From the IMG/VR virus record IMGVR_UViG_3300036770_004732, positions 1 through 64,000 of that record: a stretch of 64,000 bases of DNA, one strand, 5' to 3'. Under the pieces are notes generated by a model. The model was not told where the DNA came from and made no database searches. It worked only from the letters and a program-made list of their open reading frames with translations. Made by a program: the position numbers and the translations under genes. Position 1 is the first letter of the stretch. Each line of letters starts with the position of its first letter. Source of the DNA: a virus. Below are positions 20,101 to 29,700 of this stretch, piece after piece.

Positions 20101-20410
20101 CACCATCAATAGGAGTAACTCTTGCTACGTTATTATTATCCGCATAAATTGCATAACCAGGTCTATTATCAATGACATGCTCCCCAGGAAATAATAAAAT
20201 AGTTGTTTTTTCTGTTAAATCGTTATTATTTCCTCTTAAATATGAAAATCTTGCCGCCTCTAAAAGTGCTCTTTGAACAGTTTTAAAGGGTTGTGCAAGA
20301 GAATTTCCTTCATTAGTGATAGAATCAGTAGAATCCAAATCACTTGGATTTACATAAAGAATACGTCCTTCTGTATTTTTTATAAATTGATCAAGCTTGT
20401 TGAGTGGCAT
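14192..20410 (-). CDS. Large cyanomyovirus virion/tail-fibre protein with C-terminal Peptidase_S74 intramolecular chaperone
   Basis: N-terminus MPLNKLDQFIKNTEGRILYVNP typical of cyanomyovirus fibres; C-terminal SDKRLKTNI...GVFAQDVEKVLPEAV...YEKLVPLLIEAIKEL; TAAATA upstream. Confidence 0.9.
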   Translation of the reverse strand: MPLNKLDQFIKNTEGRILYVNPSDLDSTDSITNEGNSLAQPFKTVQRALLEAARFSYLRGNNNDLTEKTTILLFPGEHVIDNRPGYAIYADNNNVARVTPIDGGIGTPAQTTLSLELDSIFDLTQEDNILYKFNSVYGGVVVPRGTSIVGLDLRKTKLRPKYVPNPTDSNVPNSAIFRITGACYFWQFSLFDGDDTGLVYTNPRDFSSEFSSTPRFSHHKLTCFEYCDGVNSVNRTSYGELTDLDMYYSKVSNAYNSYREIENASKFPQSSTSFAKRAPEWEIVGSFRSDPITITNIFSGNGTTASNRITVTTDVSHGLNFGTPIKIRGVSASEYNVSTFVQDVLSETQFTYLLPTFPPNLNATPQLNDANVTVETDTVGGASPYVFNISLRSVWGMNGMHADGAKASGFRSMVVAQFTAVSLQKDDRAFVKYNKVTRTYDSVSYTPVYGSALPLGASQTNTEKVYHLDQDAVYRPDWESSHIKISNDSFIQIVSVFAIGFTYHFDANSGADASITNSNSNFGQIALKSSTYKAEAFEKDDHAYITSIVAPRDIDTSISDEIEWLSLDVVKTRTIGNSQKLYLYGFTSESATPVSVTQGYRIGAKVNDKLFIRFLGIDYEADIYMTGKNDQTSRNEKSYTVSFINGNIFTIGSHNLKTGEKIIIQSKKGDLPENLTEHIVYYAITNEIDNTLNSQQIKIAASFTYAFLNESVQTYGGDPNSDIIINSRVSDKDAGDIGSPIQWDNSNSQWYINVGSGNEIYNSFLDSGIGYDPDDENKFSESTDLAFVTRNADERGLDEKVYKLRVVIPKESVNAKNPEIGFIMQDSSYTGALNDTEIFGSLKSTLSLNDTRYKRNQKFIVDCSLAGATVTITTETPHKLKVGDIVIVRDIKDSSETTTGEFNRGFNGSFTVTTIVNDMQFQYSTTDIAGLVHIPGTFQNDTNTRTVDELPRIEKNDIKSNLYIYRNDVISDYIKDERDGIYHLYILNANYAPANTFTDYKFTQTPVDLYPQLDRDNIDSNPKSAKTYAKRAPIGDVVTNDLKKSITRETVDIFCKEFGKGLQIQSVSATQQPTATLTFTQNHGLGGVVNGTLVAGSGGRNNGTYYNVKLHTNDSALALETWSGATAKVVVSGGSITSFEIMNKGSGYKNGDQLYFDIADIGGSSDAYITLATSGITTYIGDVVQITGNGFTEDGYYRINSVGVNTIGINKHSTDPLISAGQYAFVVGQSVKIQSTEYGVSQTIIDGETAVTVGIITFTTYDSHGLSVGNKFRVINSSNLNLGDYVIKDVLSTTSFAVRTESNLPSSAENGYILKHGLSSNQGISDIRTESYSSRTVPFYGGETFKLTSAINAGDTGTLNIQCLTGISTSKRLKLGDFVQVNDEIMRISASPSDTSIQVFRGYAGTRQGNHPINSIVKKIEVVPIEFRRPSIIRASGHTFEYLGYGPGNYSTALPQVQFKSLSEREDFLVQAQERSAGAVIYTGMNNRGDTFNGNTKVSASSGQTISYDIPKPTITGQDPSKLSVAFDEVTVRERILVEGGTSGFVLSQFDGPVTMTRSLRVKGKTTLNGQLRVTFRDKAVNENSGSIVSKGGIGVGDDSYFRAKVEIVGEVKTGTGIVPDEQYGAYLGTQSLPFSESFVGNIRIGVANDNTIDTTSGTLTLNSVDGLTLIQDDLYVNGYISAETYISAKGNLQVFGFSTLNGGLNVIGTTTLDSTTIDGTLTVNALLDANAGATIDNIRIGITDDNTIDTSSGNLTIDSTGGTTTINDNLTVTGTSSFRDNVVLEGSSKSLSFRNSVGGSTTLQLNTNGGTISAANGNAVIASTGKLTLNDIIQCTGGSFSGNVNLSSGNLTVSGAGQYVSASQLRGTLQHSFSVSYAGNTTTFNNSSTQSITIPETTSVYFTGQVNATFFATPTLQTSINATANGDNAGGGLANTLVMRGIGGASSFGANPSNISLTCYGDVIAFASDKRLKTNIKFIDNPLKKVLELSGFTYNLNDLAGSLGYNTTINHVGVFAQDVEKVLPEAVAQAPINSEYLTVKYEKLVPLLIEAIKELKGEVDELKREIQELKK

Positions 20411-20445
20411 TTTATTATATTTGACTAAATATTTCTATGTTTTAT

Positions 20446-20766
20446 TTATGAGGACAAATCTTCCTCATCATAGAAATAATCAGCATCATCTGGCATATCT
20501 TCTGGATTCTCTAAGTCCACAGAAAAAAGGCACGGATGTACTTGTTCGTCAATTAAATAAAAAGAAGTTTTGTATAAATCATCTGGTTCAAAAGTTCTTT
20601 GTTTATCTGCTTCTCTACAAAGATCTAAATCGTATAAATGCCCATCAGGTAATTCATCAAAAGTAAAGGGAAGATGATTTATGAAATACATTTTCACAAT
20701 CATACTACCATTATTGTACCAACAATATGCAGAATCAATACGATAAGACATAGGATTTATTCCCAT
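20446..20766 (-). CDS. Cyanomyovirus-type acidic hypothetical protein
   Basis: ORF track; TAAATA late promoter at 20773-20778. Confidence 0.8.
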   Translation of the reverse strand: MGINPMSYRIDSAYCWYNNGSMIVKMYFINHLPFTFDELPDGHLYDLDLCREADKQRTFEPDDLYKTSFYLIDEQVHPCLFSVDLENPEDMPDDADYFYDEEDLSS

Positions 20767-20787
20767 ATCTAATATTTATTTTTTAAA

Positions 20788-20838
20788 TGAAAGTGATGAG
20801 AATCGAACCCATAAAACTCACCAATTGAGTTCACTTTT
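20788..20838 (-). pseudogene. tRNA-like element lacking the anticodon arm
   Basis: Acceptor AAAGTG/CACTTT, D arm ACTC-AATTGGT-GAGT, T arm ATGGG-TTCGATT-CTCAT; only a few T residues between the D and T arms. Confidence 0.7.
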
Positions 20839-20842
20839 TGTT

Positions 20843-21016
20843 TTATGAAGCTTCGTTATTTAATTCGACATAAATTTTCATCAATTCATCATCTGCAGGA
20901 ATCATAACTGTTGCTTGTCCATCAGAATTCATAATTCCAATGTGCTCACCCTTTTCCACACGTTCGATTAATTCATCAAAAAGCTCTTGAAATTCTTCTG
21001 TTGTAAAAATTTCCAT
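20843..21016 (-). CDS. Phd/YefM antitoxin-like 57-aa protein
   Basis: Read manually: MEIFTTEEFQELFDELIERVEKGEHIGIMNSDGQATVMIPADD fits the Phd/YefM N-terminal pattern. Confidence 0.65.
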   Translation of the reverse strand: MEIFTTEEFQELFDELIERVEKGEHIGIMNSDGQATVMIPADDELMKIYVELNNEAS

Positions 21017-21018
21017 GA

Positions 21019-21213
21019 TCAAAAGGGATTTGAATAAACCAGTGTGTCTTCATCAAGTTTATTTCTAACAATTTCTAATACGTTCATGAATTGGTCTACA
21101 GTTTCACATTCCACAATTCGTTCGTCACCTTCATTTGAATAAAGGTAAAATTTTCGAGAAAGTGTATCGACCACGCAACGAGTCAGAAATTCTTCAGTGT
21201 TAGAGGGCATCAT
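21019..21213 (-). CDS. Cyanomyovirus-type hypothetical protein
   Basis: ORF track; promoter upstream. Confidence 0.8.
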   Translation of the reverse strand: MMPSNTEEFLTRCVVDTLSRKFYLYSNEGDERIVECETVDQFMNVLEIVRNKLDEDTLVYSNPF

Positions 21214-21232
21214 GATTTTTCAGTTCCCACAC

Positions 21233-21261
21233 ACTATAGGACACTTTGGTTCTGCTGTCAA
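21233..21261 (-). promoter_or_regulatory. Sigma70-like promoter TTGACA-17-TATAGT
   Basis: Near-consensus hexamers with a 17-nt spacer. Confidence 0.8.
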
Positions 21262-21272
21262 CCTTTAAGCAC

Positions 21273-23366
21273 CTATCCACTAATTTTTTCTATTTTTGAA
21301 TGCAATTCTTTAATACATTCTATTAATGCTGCAACTAATCCACTATAATTGACTGTTTTTTTGTTATCTGTAGTGAAAACAAGTTCTGGAAATATTTTTT
21401 CAACATCTTGTGCTAGCACACCCATTGATGGATTATTAGTATCTTTCCAGTTAAAAGTTATACCTCTGAGTTGATTAATTTTTTCGATTGGATTTTCAAT
21501 ACTTTTTATATTATATTTTAAATTTTCGTCAGATGATGAGGTAAAATCAACTGCAGTTATATATCCAGTAGAAGGATTAAATGTTAATTTAGATGTTGTT
21601 ATTCCGATTGAAGTAGAAAGTCCAACATTAGTCGCATATGTGAGATAATATTCGGAATTGGTTGAAGAATCATCATATATTAATATTTCATTTGAACCTT
21701 GAAGACCTTGAGTACCCTGAAAATTACTTAAAGGTCCTTGAAGACCTTGAAGACCTTGAAAATTGCTTAAAGATCCCTGAAGTCCTTGAAGACCTTGAAG
21801 ACCTTGAGTACCCTGAAGACCTTGAGTACCCTGAAAATTACTTAAAGATCCTTGAAGACCTTGAAGACCCTGAAGACCCTGAAGACCTTGAGTACCCTGA
21901 AGACCTTGAGTACCCTGAAGTCCTTGAGTTCCCTGAAAATTACTTAAAGATCCTTGAAGACCTTGAAGACCCTGAAGACCCTGAAGACCCTGAAGACCCT
22001 GAAGACCTTGAAGACCTTGAGTGCCTTGAAGTCCTTGAGTACCTTGAAAATTACTTAAAGCACCTTGTATTCCCCTAACATAATTTCCTAAATCATAAAC
22101 AATAGCATCAATAACATCACCTACACTTGCACCATCTACTAAATTTACATAAATGCCATCAGTTGCAACGTATTCTGATGGTGTTAAATGTGATCCATTC
22201 AAATAAATTTCAATAAAGTCTTCAGTATACCAAACATCTCCACTTGCACTAAATTGAGTTTGTCCCTCAGTAGAGGTAAAAGTATACGTAGTTATTGTGG
22301 ATGCGTAAGTTGGTTCTGCCGCTAATCCTTGAATACCTTGAATACCTTGAAGTCCTTGAACACCTTGAAGTCCTTGAACACCTTGAACACCTTGAGTACC
22401 CTGAAAATCACTTAAAGAACCTTGAAGTCCTTGTCTCCCTTGAGTACCTTGTGTTCCTTGAGCACCTTGTGTTCCTTGAAAATTACTTAAAGAACCTTGA
22501 AGTCCTTGTGTCCCTTGAGCACCTTGAACACCTTGAGTTCCTTGAAGACCTTGAGTTCCTTGAAGACCTTGAGTTCCTTGAGTTCCTTGAGCACCTTGAA
22601 GACCTTGAAGACCTTGAGTACCTTGAAGACCTTGAAGTCCTTGAGTGCCCTGAAAATTACTTAAAGAACCTTGAAGACCTTGAAGACCTTGAGTACCCTG
22701 AAGACCTTGAAGACCTTGAAGACCTTGCGTACCTTGAAGACCTTGAAGACCTTGAAGACCTTGAATTCCTTGAAGTCCTTGAGTGCCCTGAAAATTACTT
22801 AAAGATCCTTGAGCACCTTGAAGACCTTGAGCACCTTGAAGACCTTGAGCACCTTGAAGACCTTGAGCACCTTGAAGACCTTGAGCACCTTGAAGACCTT
22901 GAGTACCCTGAAAATTACTTAAAGAACCTTGAAGACCTTGGAGACCTTGAGTACCTTGAAGACCTTGAGCACCTTGAAGACCTTGAGCACCTTGAAGACC
23001 TTGAGTTCCTTGAAGACCTTGAGTTCCTTGAGCACCTTGAAGACCTTGAGTACCTTGAAAATTACCTAAAGAACCTTGTGTTCCTTGAAAATTACTTAAA
23101 GCGCCTTGAACACCCTGAGAACCATCTTGTCCAGAACCCTGTTGATCAGTTGATTTAATCCAATATCTACTTCCAAGATACCCATCAACAGAAATTAAAA
23201 CATACTGTTCTCCTTCTGGAACAGGTTTTACTCCAACAGATGATACTCCAACTATAGGATCACCTAAATCTGGTTCGGCTTGCTCTAAACCAAGAAACTC
23301 ATATCTATCTGAGGTTATTCCTGTCTGATCAAATTTTTTTACTCTTCCAGAATTATATTTTCCCAT
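21273..23366 (-). CDS. Collagen-like (Gly-X-Gln) tail fibre with C-terminal S74 chaperone
   Basis: Two GXQ blocks split by a small beta domain; C-terminal SDENLKYNI...[15 protein letters not shown]...[15 protein letters not shown]. Confidence 0.9.
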   Translation of the reverse strand: MGKYNSGRVKKFDQTGITSDRYEFLGLEQAEPDLGDPIVGVSSVGVKPVPEGEQYVLISVDGYLGSRYWIKSTDQQGSGQDGSQGVQGALSNFQGTQGSLGNFQGTQGLQGAQGTQGLQGTQGLQGAQGLQGAQGLQGTQGLQGLQGSLSNFQGTQGLQGAQGLQGAQGLQGAQGLQGAQGLQGAQGSLSNFQGTQGLQGIQGLQGLQGLQGTQGLQGLQGLQGTQGLQGLQGSLSNFQGTQGLQGLQGTQGLQGLQGAQGTQGTQGLQGTQGLQGTQGVQGAQGTQGLQGSLSNFQGTQGAQGTQGTQGRQGLQGSLSDFQGTQGVQGVQGLQGVQGLQGIQGIQGLAAEPTYASTITTYTFTSTEGQTQFSASGDVWYTEDFIEIYLNGSHLTPSEYVATDGIYVNLVDGASVGDVIDAIVYDLGNYVRGIQGALSNFQGTQGLQGTQGLQGLQGLQGLQGLQGLQGLQGSLSNFQGTQGLQGTQGLQGTQGLQGLQGLQGLQGSLSNFQGTQGLQGTQGLQGLQGLQGSLSNFQGLQGLQGPLSNFQGTQGLQGSNEILIYDDSSTNSEYYLTYATNVGLSTSIGITTSKLTFNPSTGYITAVDFTSSSDENLKYNIKSIENPIEKINQLRGITFNWKDTNNPSMGVLAQDVEKIFPELVFTTDNKKTVNYSGLVAALIECIKELHSKIEKISG
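21695..23125. repeat. 9-bp tandem coding repeats (CAAGGTCTT-type), two blocks at about 21695-22070 and 22327-23125
   Basis: Visible CCTTGAAGA periodicity with recurring GAAAATTACTTAAAG interruptions. Confidence 0.95.
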
Positions 23367-23376
23367 ATCACTTTAA

Positions 23377-23739
23377 TTATTGTTTTGCTGTTTCAAGCAC
23401 ACTTAAAATTAGAGACAAGACACCATTTTCGTTACTTTGAATTTTAATGATATCACTAGTTTCTAAAGCCAGTCTTCCATCAGAAACTAAATTATAACTA
23501 TCATTAGGCGGAACTGGTACTGAATTTGCAATTTTATAATCTATGTTTGGTGTTTCTCTTGGTCTAGAATGAAATGCAGTTACAGTATATGTACTAGACG
23601 CTGCTCCAGAAGATACATTAACTACCTGAGACAAAATAACAATTGAAGAAACACCAATGGGACAAGTATAAATTCCCACATTGTCTGTAGTAATTCCAAC
23701 TCTAATAGTTCTGAATTTATTAAGTGCAACTGCTGCCAT
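23377..23739 (-). CDS. Small virion structural protein (beta-sandwich type)
   Basis: IYTCP...IVILSQVVN...LALETSDIIKI pattern typical of cyanophage fibre-associated proteins. Confidence 0.75.
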   Translation of the reverse strand: MAAVALNKFRTIRVGITTDNVGIYTCPIGVSSIVILSQVVNVSSGAASSTYTVTAFHSRPRETPNIDYKIANSVPVPPNDSYNLVSDGRLALETSDIIKIQSNENGVLSLILSVLETAKQ

Positions 23740-23741
23740 TA

Positions 23742-26700
23742 CTATCCTAATGCAATAATTAAAGGTGTTACTGTATTTAACAAACTTTGATTAAACGCTC
23801 TTCCACTAATTGTTCCTGTAAGTTGATTAATCACTATACCCTCACCAATTTGGAAGTTACCAGACTGGTTTGTGCTGGTGTAAACAACTTGACCACCATT
23901 TCTCATGTCAACTTCATTTTCTTGAATTGAAACACCACCTAATGCTGGTTTTGCACTATTGATATTAGTACCAGAACCTACCCATTCTAATGAAATTGAT
24001 GTTGCAATTTGAAGACTTAATCTAGAAAAGTAAACAGTTGTTCCAACACTAACTATATTATTTAGATTTTGTGTAAGAGTAATTGTTGAAATTCCTGAGA
24101 TTGGAAGAGTTGCAGATTCAATATTGTAATATAATGGATACATTACTGCCTCAGCCGTTGCTCCACCATCTATTACAATAGATGGTGGATTTAAATATTG
24201 ACTACCATTACTAATGATATCAATAGAAGTAATTTGACCTGATTGATTAACATTTGCCGATGCTTCGGCAGTAATTCCATTAGGACCTTCTGGATCTCCT
24301 AAAGTAACTGTTGGAGGATTATTTGGATCATATCCACTACCACCATCAATTACATTAATTGAATTGACCTGATAATATAATTCTCCAAAATATATTGCCT
24401 GACCATCATAAGGTCTATTTTTTCCAACGCCAGATACTACAATAACTGCAGTATCTTCTTCAGGTTCTTCTAAAACTTCTCCAGTATAACGATAAATTGA
24501 TTTTGATTCATAATCGCCAACACCGTCAGATACTAAACCATAGTTACCAAATGAACAATTTGAATTCGTAATATCACATTGTCCACCGGATTTAGTAAAA
24601 ATTCCTATGTCATCACAAATAGTAAAAATTGAAACTAATTGAGAGTATGCACCATTTGTAATAGATACTCCAATTCCACCTTGATTATATTGAGTGTATG
24701 AATCAACACTCATTGTACCAGTAACACCAATATCATCTTGATCACCTGGTTCTGCATTGAACCCATCAACTCTCATTCCAATACTATCGCCAATGAAGTT
24801 GGTACAATTTCTAATATAAGGTCCTTGTGTGATTGGTCCAACACCTCTAGAGTATGGTGGTTTAACGACGCCACCAGAAACATAACTGTGTGCCATTGGT
24901 GCAGTACCTACATTCACGGTAAAAGTAGTTCCTGTTCCAACTACACTTAAGACTCTAAAATTGTATCCATTATTTCCAGTTGGATAAATTGTTGTAGTTC
25001 CCGAACCACTTAAACAAGAGAACTCTAAATCTCTTAATGAAATAATATCATTAACTTTTACATTTAATCCTGGGGCAACAATGGTAGTGATACCGCTAAG
25101 GTGATCGTATGATGCTGATGTAATTCCTATAGCACGATTAATTGCATACCCACCAGAAACATAATTGTGTGGTATTGTTGAAACACCAGTATAAACATCA
25201 AAAGAATTATCACTGTAAACTTTATTAACATAAAATTCATATCCATAATATCCAGATGGAAATCTTTGTGTTGATATTGATCCACTAGATGAACAGGAGA
25301 ACAATAAGTCACGTATTTCAACCATATCACCAACTTTAACTGACAAACCTGGGGCTTTTAATGTAGTTTTACCAGAAGTCTCATTATATACTGCACTCGT
25401 AATGCCTACAACTGTTGTAAATCCTGTTCCTCTATTTCCAGGGTATGATGTAGTAATTCCAGATTGTGAACCAAGACCAACAATTGTGGTAACTACACCA
25501 ACACAAGAATGAATTGCCGACACAACATTTGCACATCCATTAATTGCATTATTAAAACCAGTGTCTGGATCTACTTGCATTGAAAGATCCTTTACCTGAG
25601 TAAAATCATTTTGGAAATTCGTATATTTTTGCACACTTCCACCAGAAACATAAGTATGTGGAAGAGTTGATTGACCAACTACAACTTCAAAAGTATTAAT
25701 TCCTACTACTTTATTAACATTAAAAATGTAACCATAAGATCCAGTTGGATATGTTAATGTTAAAGGACCTGATGGACAAGTAAATCCCAAACCAATAATT
25801 TTTACTGAATCATTTTTGGACAATCCATGATTTATTGCTGTAATTGTAGTAATTCCAGTTATATTATCATATTCAGCATCTATTACTGTTGTACCAAGTC
25901 CAACAGGATATCCTCCCCAGGTAACATTATTAATTACTGCGCGTGAAATTTCATATGAATAATTTAATGTTGCAATTGTTTGTTGAACTTCTTCGGGATT
26001 CTTAAGAATTTGTGGTATTAAATTCCAATTATCATCATAATATGATTTTCCTGCACCAACACACTTAGAATTTCCACCTCTGGTAATATCATGTATAATG
26101 CATTTCCAAATGTCTTTTACATCATCAGCACAATCTTGACTTTCAAGTGTTACACCGTAAATTGTTGTTACTCCCACAGAATAGTTAAAATCACCAAGAA
26201 TATTTGTAATAATTCCTGCACGATTCTGTATTGTAGAAACAACACCAACACAACCACCAGGAACTAAAATTGGAGAATAACTAAAATCTTGTACTAATGA
26301 ACTATATGTAGTAACTCCAGAAAGTGACGCATAATCTGTATTATCAATAACATGAGTTGCAATACCTATAGCATAATTAATTGCATCAATAGTTGCTTCT
26401 TTAACACTATAACCATTAAGATCGTTACCAGTAATGTGTAAAAGTGTTCCTTCAGAACTATAGTAAGATAATCCAGCACCAATTGATTTTTTATTACTTC
26501 CCGCCTTTAAATCGTATGAAATTGCATCAATAATTGACTTAATATCATCCTCACAGTTTACTGGATCAGTTGCAATTCCTGAAGAATTTACAACAGTAAA
26601 TGCAGGATTCTTGTAATCTGTTGATGTTAAGAATCCAATTGTTTCTGCAGCAATAAAATCTTTATTTAAATCAATAAGTCTAGCAGCGTCTTGCTCCCTA

Positions 26701-29700
26701 TGAGATCCTGCAAATCCACTAAATCCACTTGTTAAGAATCCTACAGACTCTTGAGCAATGTAATCTAAATTATAACGAATCATTCTTGCAGCATCAAAAA
26801 ATCTATCGGAAGAAACACCTTCTAAAGGTTGTAATGATATAACTGCTGCCCCATCAGTCATTGGTGCCGAAATAAAACTTAAATCTGTAACGTGACATCC
26901 ATTATTAACATAAAATAAATCTCTATCACGATTAAGTGGTGTAATTACACAATTTCTAAGTTCTGTTCCTTCAACAGAAACTGTTTTTGCAAGAACAATT
27001 GGATTATCTTCAAGATAAGTTCCAGGAAATACTTTGATTGTGTCACCAAATACGGCAACAGAGGCTGCAGACTTGATAGTTCTTTTTGGATAATTTTCAG
27101 CCAATCCAGTATTATTATCATTTCCATTTTGTGATACGTAAATAGTCTTTCCAACTGGTTTGTAAGCATCTACTGTTACAGCACCTTTACCAAAATCTTG
27201 AGAAGAACTAATGTCTACACCGATTCCAGGAATTAACTGAGTTACAATACCAACTAAATTAATTCCCCCACCATAATAATCTGTTGCAGTTGCAGTTCCA
27301 ACAACTGTTAAAGTATTTGTAATTGTGCTTGTTCCAATACCAATACTTCCAGATACTGGATCAAAAACTAATTTTTCTGGATTAGTAAAAACAGAAGATA
27401 TTGAAGCGTTTGTTGTAGTTGAAAATGTTGGATAAGTAATATTATTTTCATAATAAGGTCTGACATCAATATTATTATTACCAATTGGTCCTTGAAGACC
27501 TTGAGTACCTTGAGTACCTTGAGCGCCTTGAGTACCTTGAGCGCCTTGAGTACCTTGAAGTCCTTGAATACCTTGAAGTCCTTGAATACCTTGAAGACCT
27601 TGAGTACCTTGAAGTCCTTGAAGACCTTGAGTTCCTTGAAGACCTTGAATACCTTGAATACCTTGAAGTCCTTGAGTACCCTGAGATCCTTGAGTACCCT
27701 GAGGTCCTTGAGTACCCTGAATTCCTTGACGACCTTGAGTACCCTGAAGACCTTGAAGACCTTGAGTACCCTGAAGACCTTGAGTACCCTGAAGACCTTG
27801 AGTACCCTGAAAATTACTTAAAGGTCCTTGAAGACCTTGGAGACCCTGAAGACCCTGAAGACCTTGAGTTCCTTGAAGACCTTGAGTTCCTTGAAGACCT
27901 TGAGTTCCTTGAAGACCTTGAGTTCCTTGACGACCTTGAAGACCCTGAAGACCCTGAAGACCCTGAAGACCCTGAAGACCCTGAAGACCTTGAATACCTT
28001 GGAGACCTTGAAGACCTTGAAGGCCTTGAAGACCTTGAGTACCCTGAAAATTACTTAAAGGTCCTTGAAGACCTTGAAGACCTTGAAGACCTTGACGACC
28101 TTGACGACCTTGAAGACCTTGTGTTCCTTGAGTGCCCTGAAAATCATTTAAAGATCCTTGAAGACCCTGAAGACCTTGAAGTCCTTGATTACCTTGAAGA
28201 CCTTGAGTACCTTGAGTACCTTGAAGACCTTGACGACCTTGAGTACCTTGAAGACCTTGACGACCTTGAGTACCTTGAAGACCTTGACGACCTTGAGTTC
28301 CCTGAAAATTACTTAAAGGTCCTTGAATACCTTGTGTTCCTTGATCACCTTGATCACCAACACCTTGAAGTCCTTGAAGTCCTTGAGTGCCCTGAAAATT
28401 ACTTAAAGATCCTTGAACACCCTGGTTACTTAAACCTTGAAGACCTTGAAGACCTTGAAGACCTTGGAGACCTTGTGTACCTTGAAAATTACTTAAAGTA
28501 CCTTGAGTACCTTGATCACCAACACCTTGAGTACCTTGACGACCTTGAAGACCTTGAAGACCTTGAGTGCCCTGAAAATTACTTAAAGAACCTTGAAGAC
28601 CCTGAAGACCCTGAAGACCTTGAGCACCTTGAGCACCTTGAGTTCCTTGAAGACCTTGAAGACCTTGAGTACCTTGAAAATTACTTAAAGTTCCTTGAAG
28701 ACCTTGAGTACCCTGAAGACCTTGAAGTCCTTGCGTTCCTTGAAGACCTTGAAGACCTTGAAGACCTTGAAGTCCTTGAGTGCCCTGAAAATTACTTAAA
28801 GATCCTTGAAGACCCTGAAGACCTTGAGTACCTTGATCACCAACACCTTGAGTACCTTGACGACCTTGAGCACCTTGAAGACCTTGAGTACCTTGAGTAC
28901 CTTGAGCGCCTTGAGTACCTTGAGCGCCTTGAGTACCTTGAAAATCATTTAAAGCTCCTTGAAGACCTTGAAGACCTTGAGTACCCTGAGTTCCTTGATC
29001 ACCTTGAAGACCTTGCGTACCTTGAGTACCTTGACGACCTTGAGTTCCTTGAGCACCTTGGGTTCCTTGAGCACCTTGGGTTCCTTGACGACCTTGAAGA
29101 CCTTGAGTACCCTGAAAATTACTTAAAGGTCCTTGAAGACCTTGAGTACCTTGACGACCTTGAAGACCTTGAGTACCTTGACGACCTTGAAGACCTTGAG
29201 TACCCTGAAGACCTTGAGTACCCTGAAAATTACTTAAAGGTCCTTGTAGACCCTGAAGACCCTGAAGACCCTGAAGACCTTGAGTACCTTGACGACCTTG
29301 AGTACCCTGAAGTCCTTGAGTTCCCTGAAAATTACTTAAAGGTCCTTGAAGACCTTGAAGACCCTGAAGACCTTGAAGACCCTGAAGACCCTGAAGACCC
29401 TGAAGACCTTGAGTGCCCTGAAAATTACTTAAAGTTCCTTGAAGACCCTGAAGACCTTGGAGACCTTGGAGACCTTGGAGACCTTGGAGACCTTGGAGAC
29501 CTTGGAGACCTTGAAGACCTTGGAGACCTTGAAGACCTTGGAGACCTTGAAGACCTTGAAGACCTTGAAGACCTTGAAGACCTTGAAGACCTTGTGTTCC
29601 TTGAGTGCCCTGAAAATTATTTAAAGATCCTTGAAGTCCTTGAGCACCTTGAGTGCCTTGAGTACCTTGAAAATTACTTAAAGCACCTTGAAGACCTTGA

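Noticed and set aside
20788-20838. Functional decoding tRNA
   Set aside because: No anticodon arm, so it cannot decode; reported as a tRNA-like element instead. I noticed no complete tRNA in the window.
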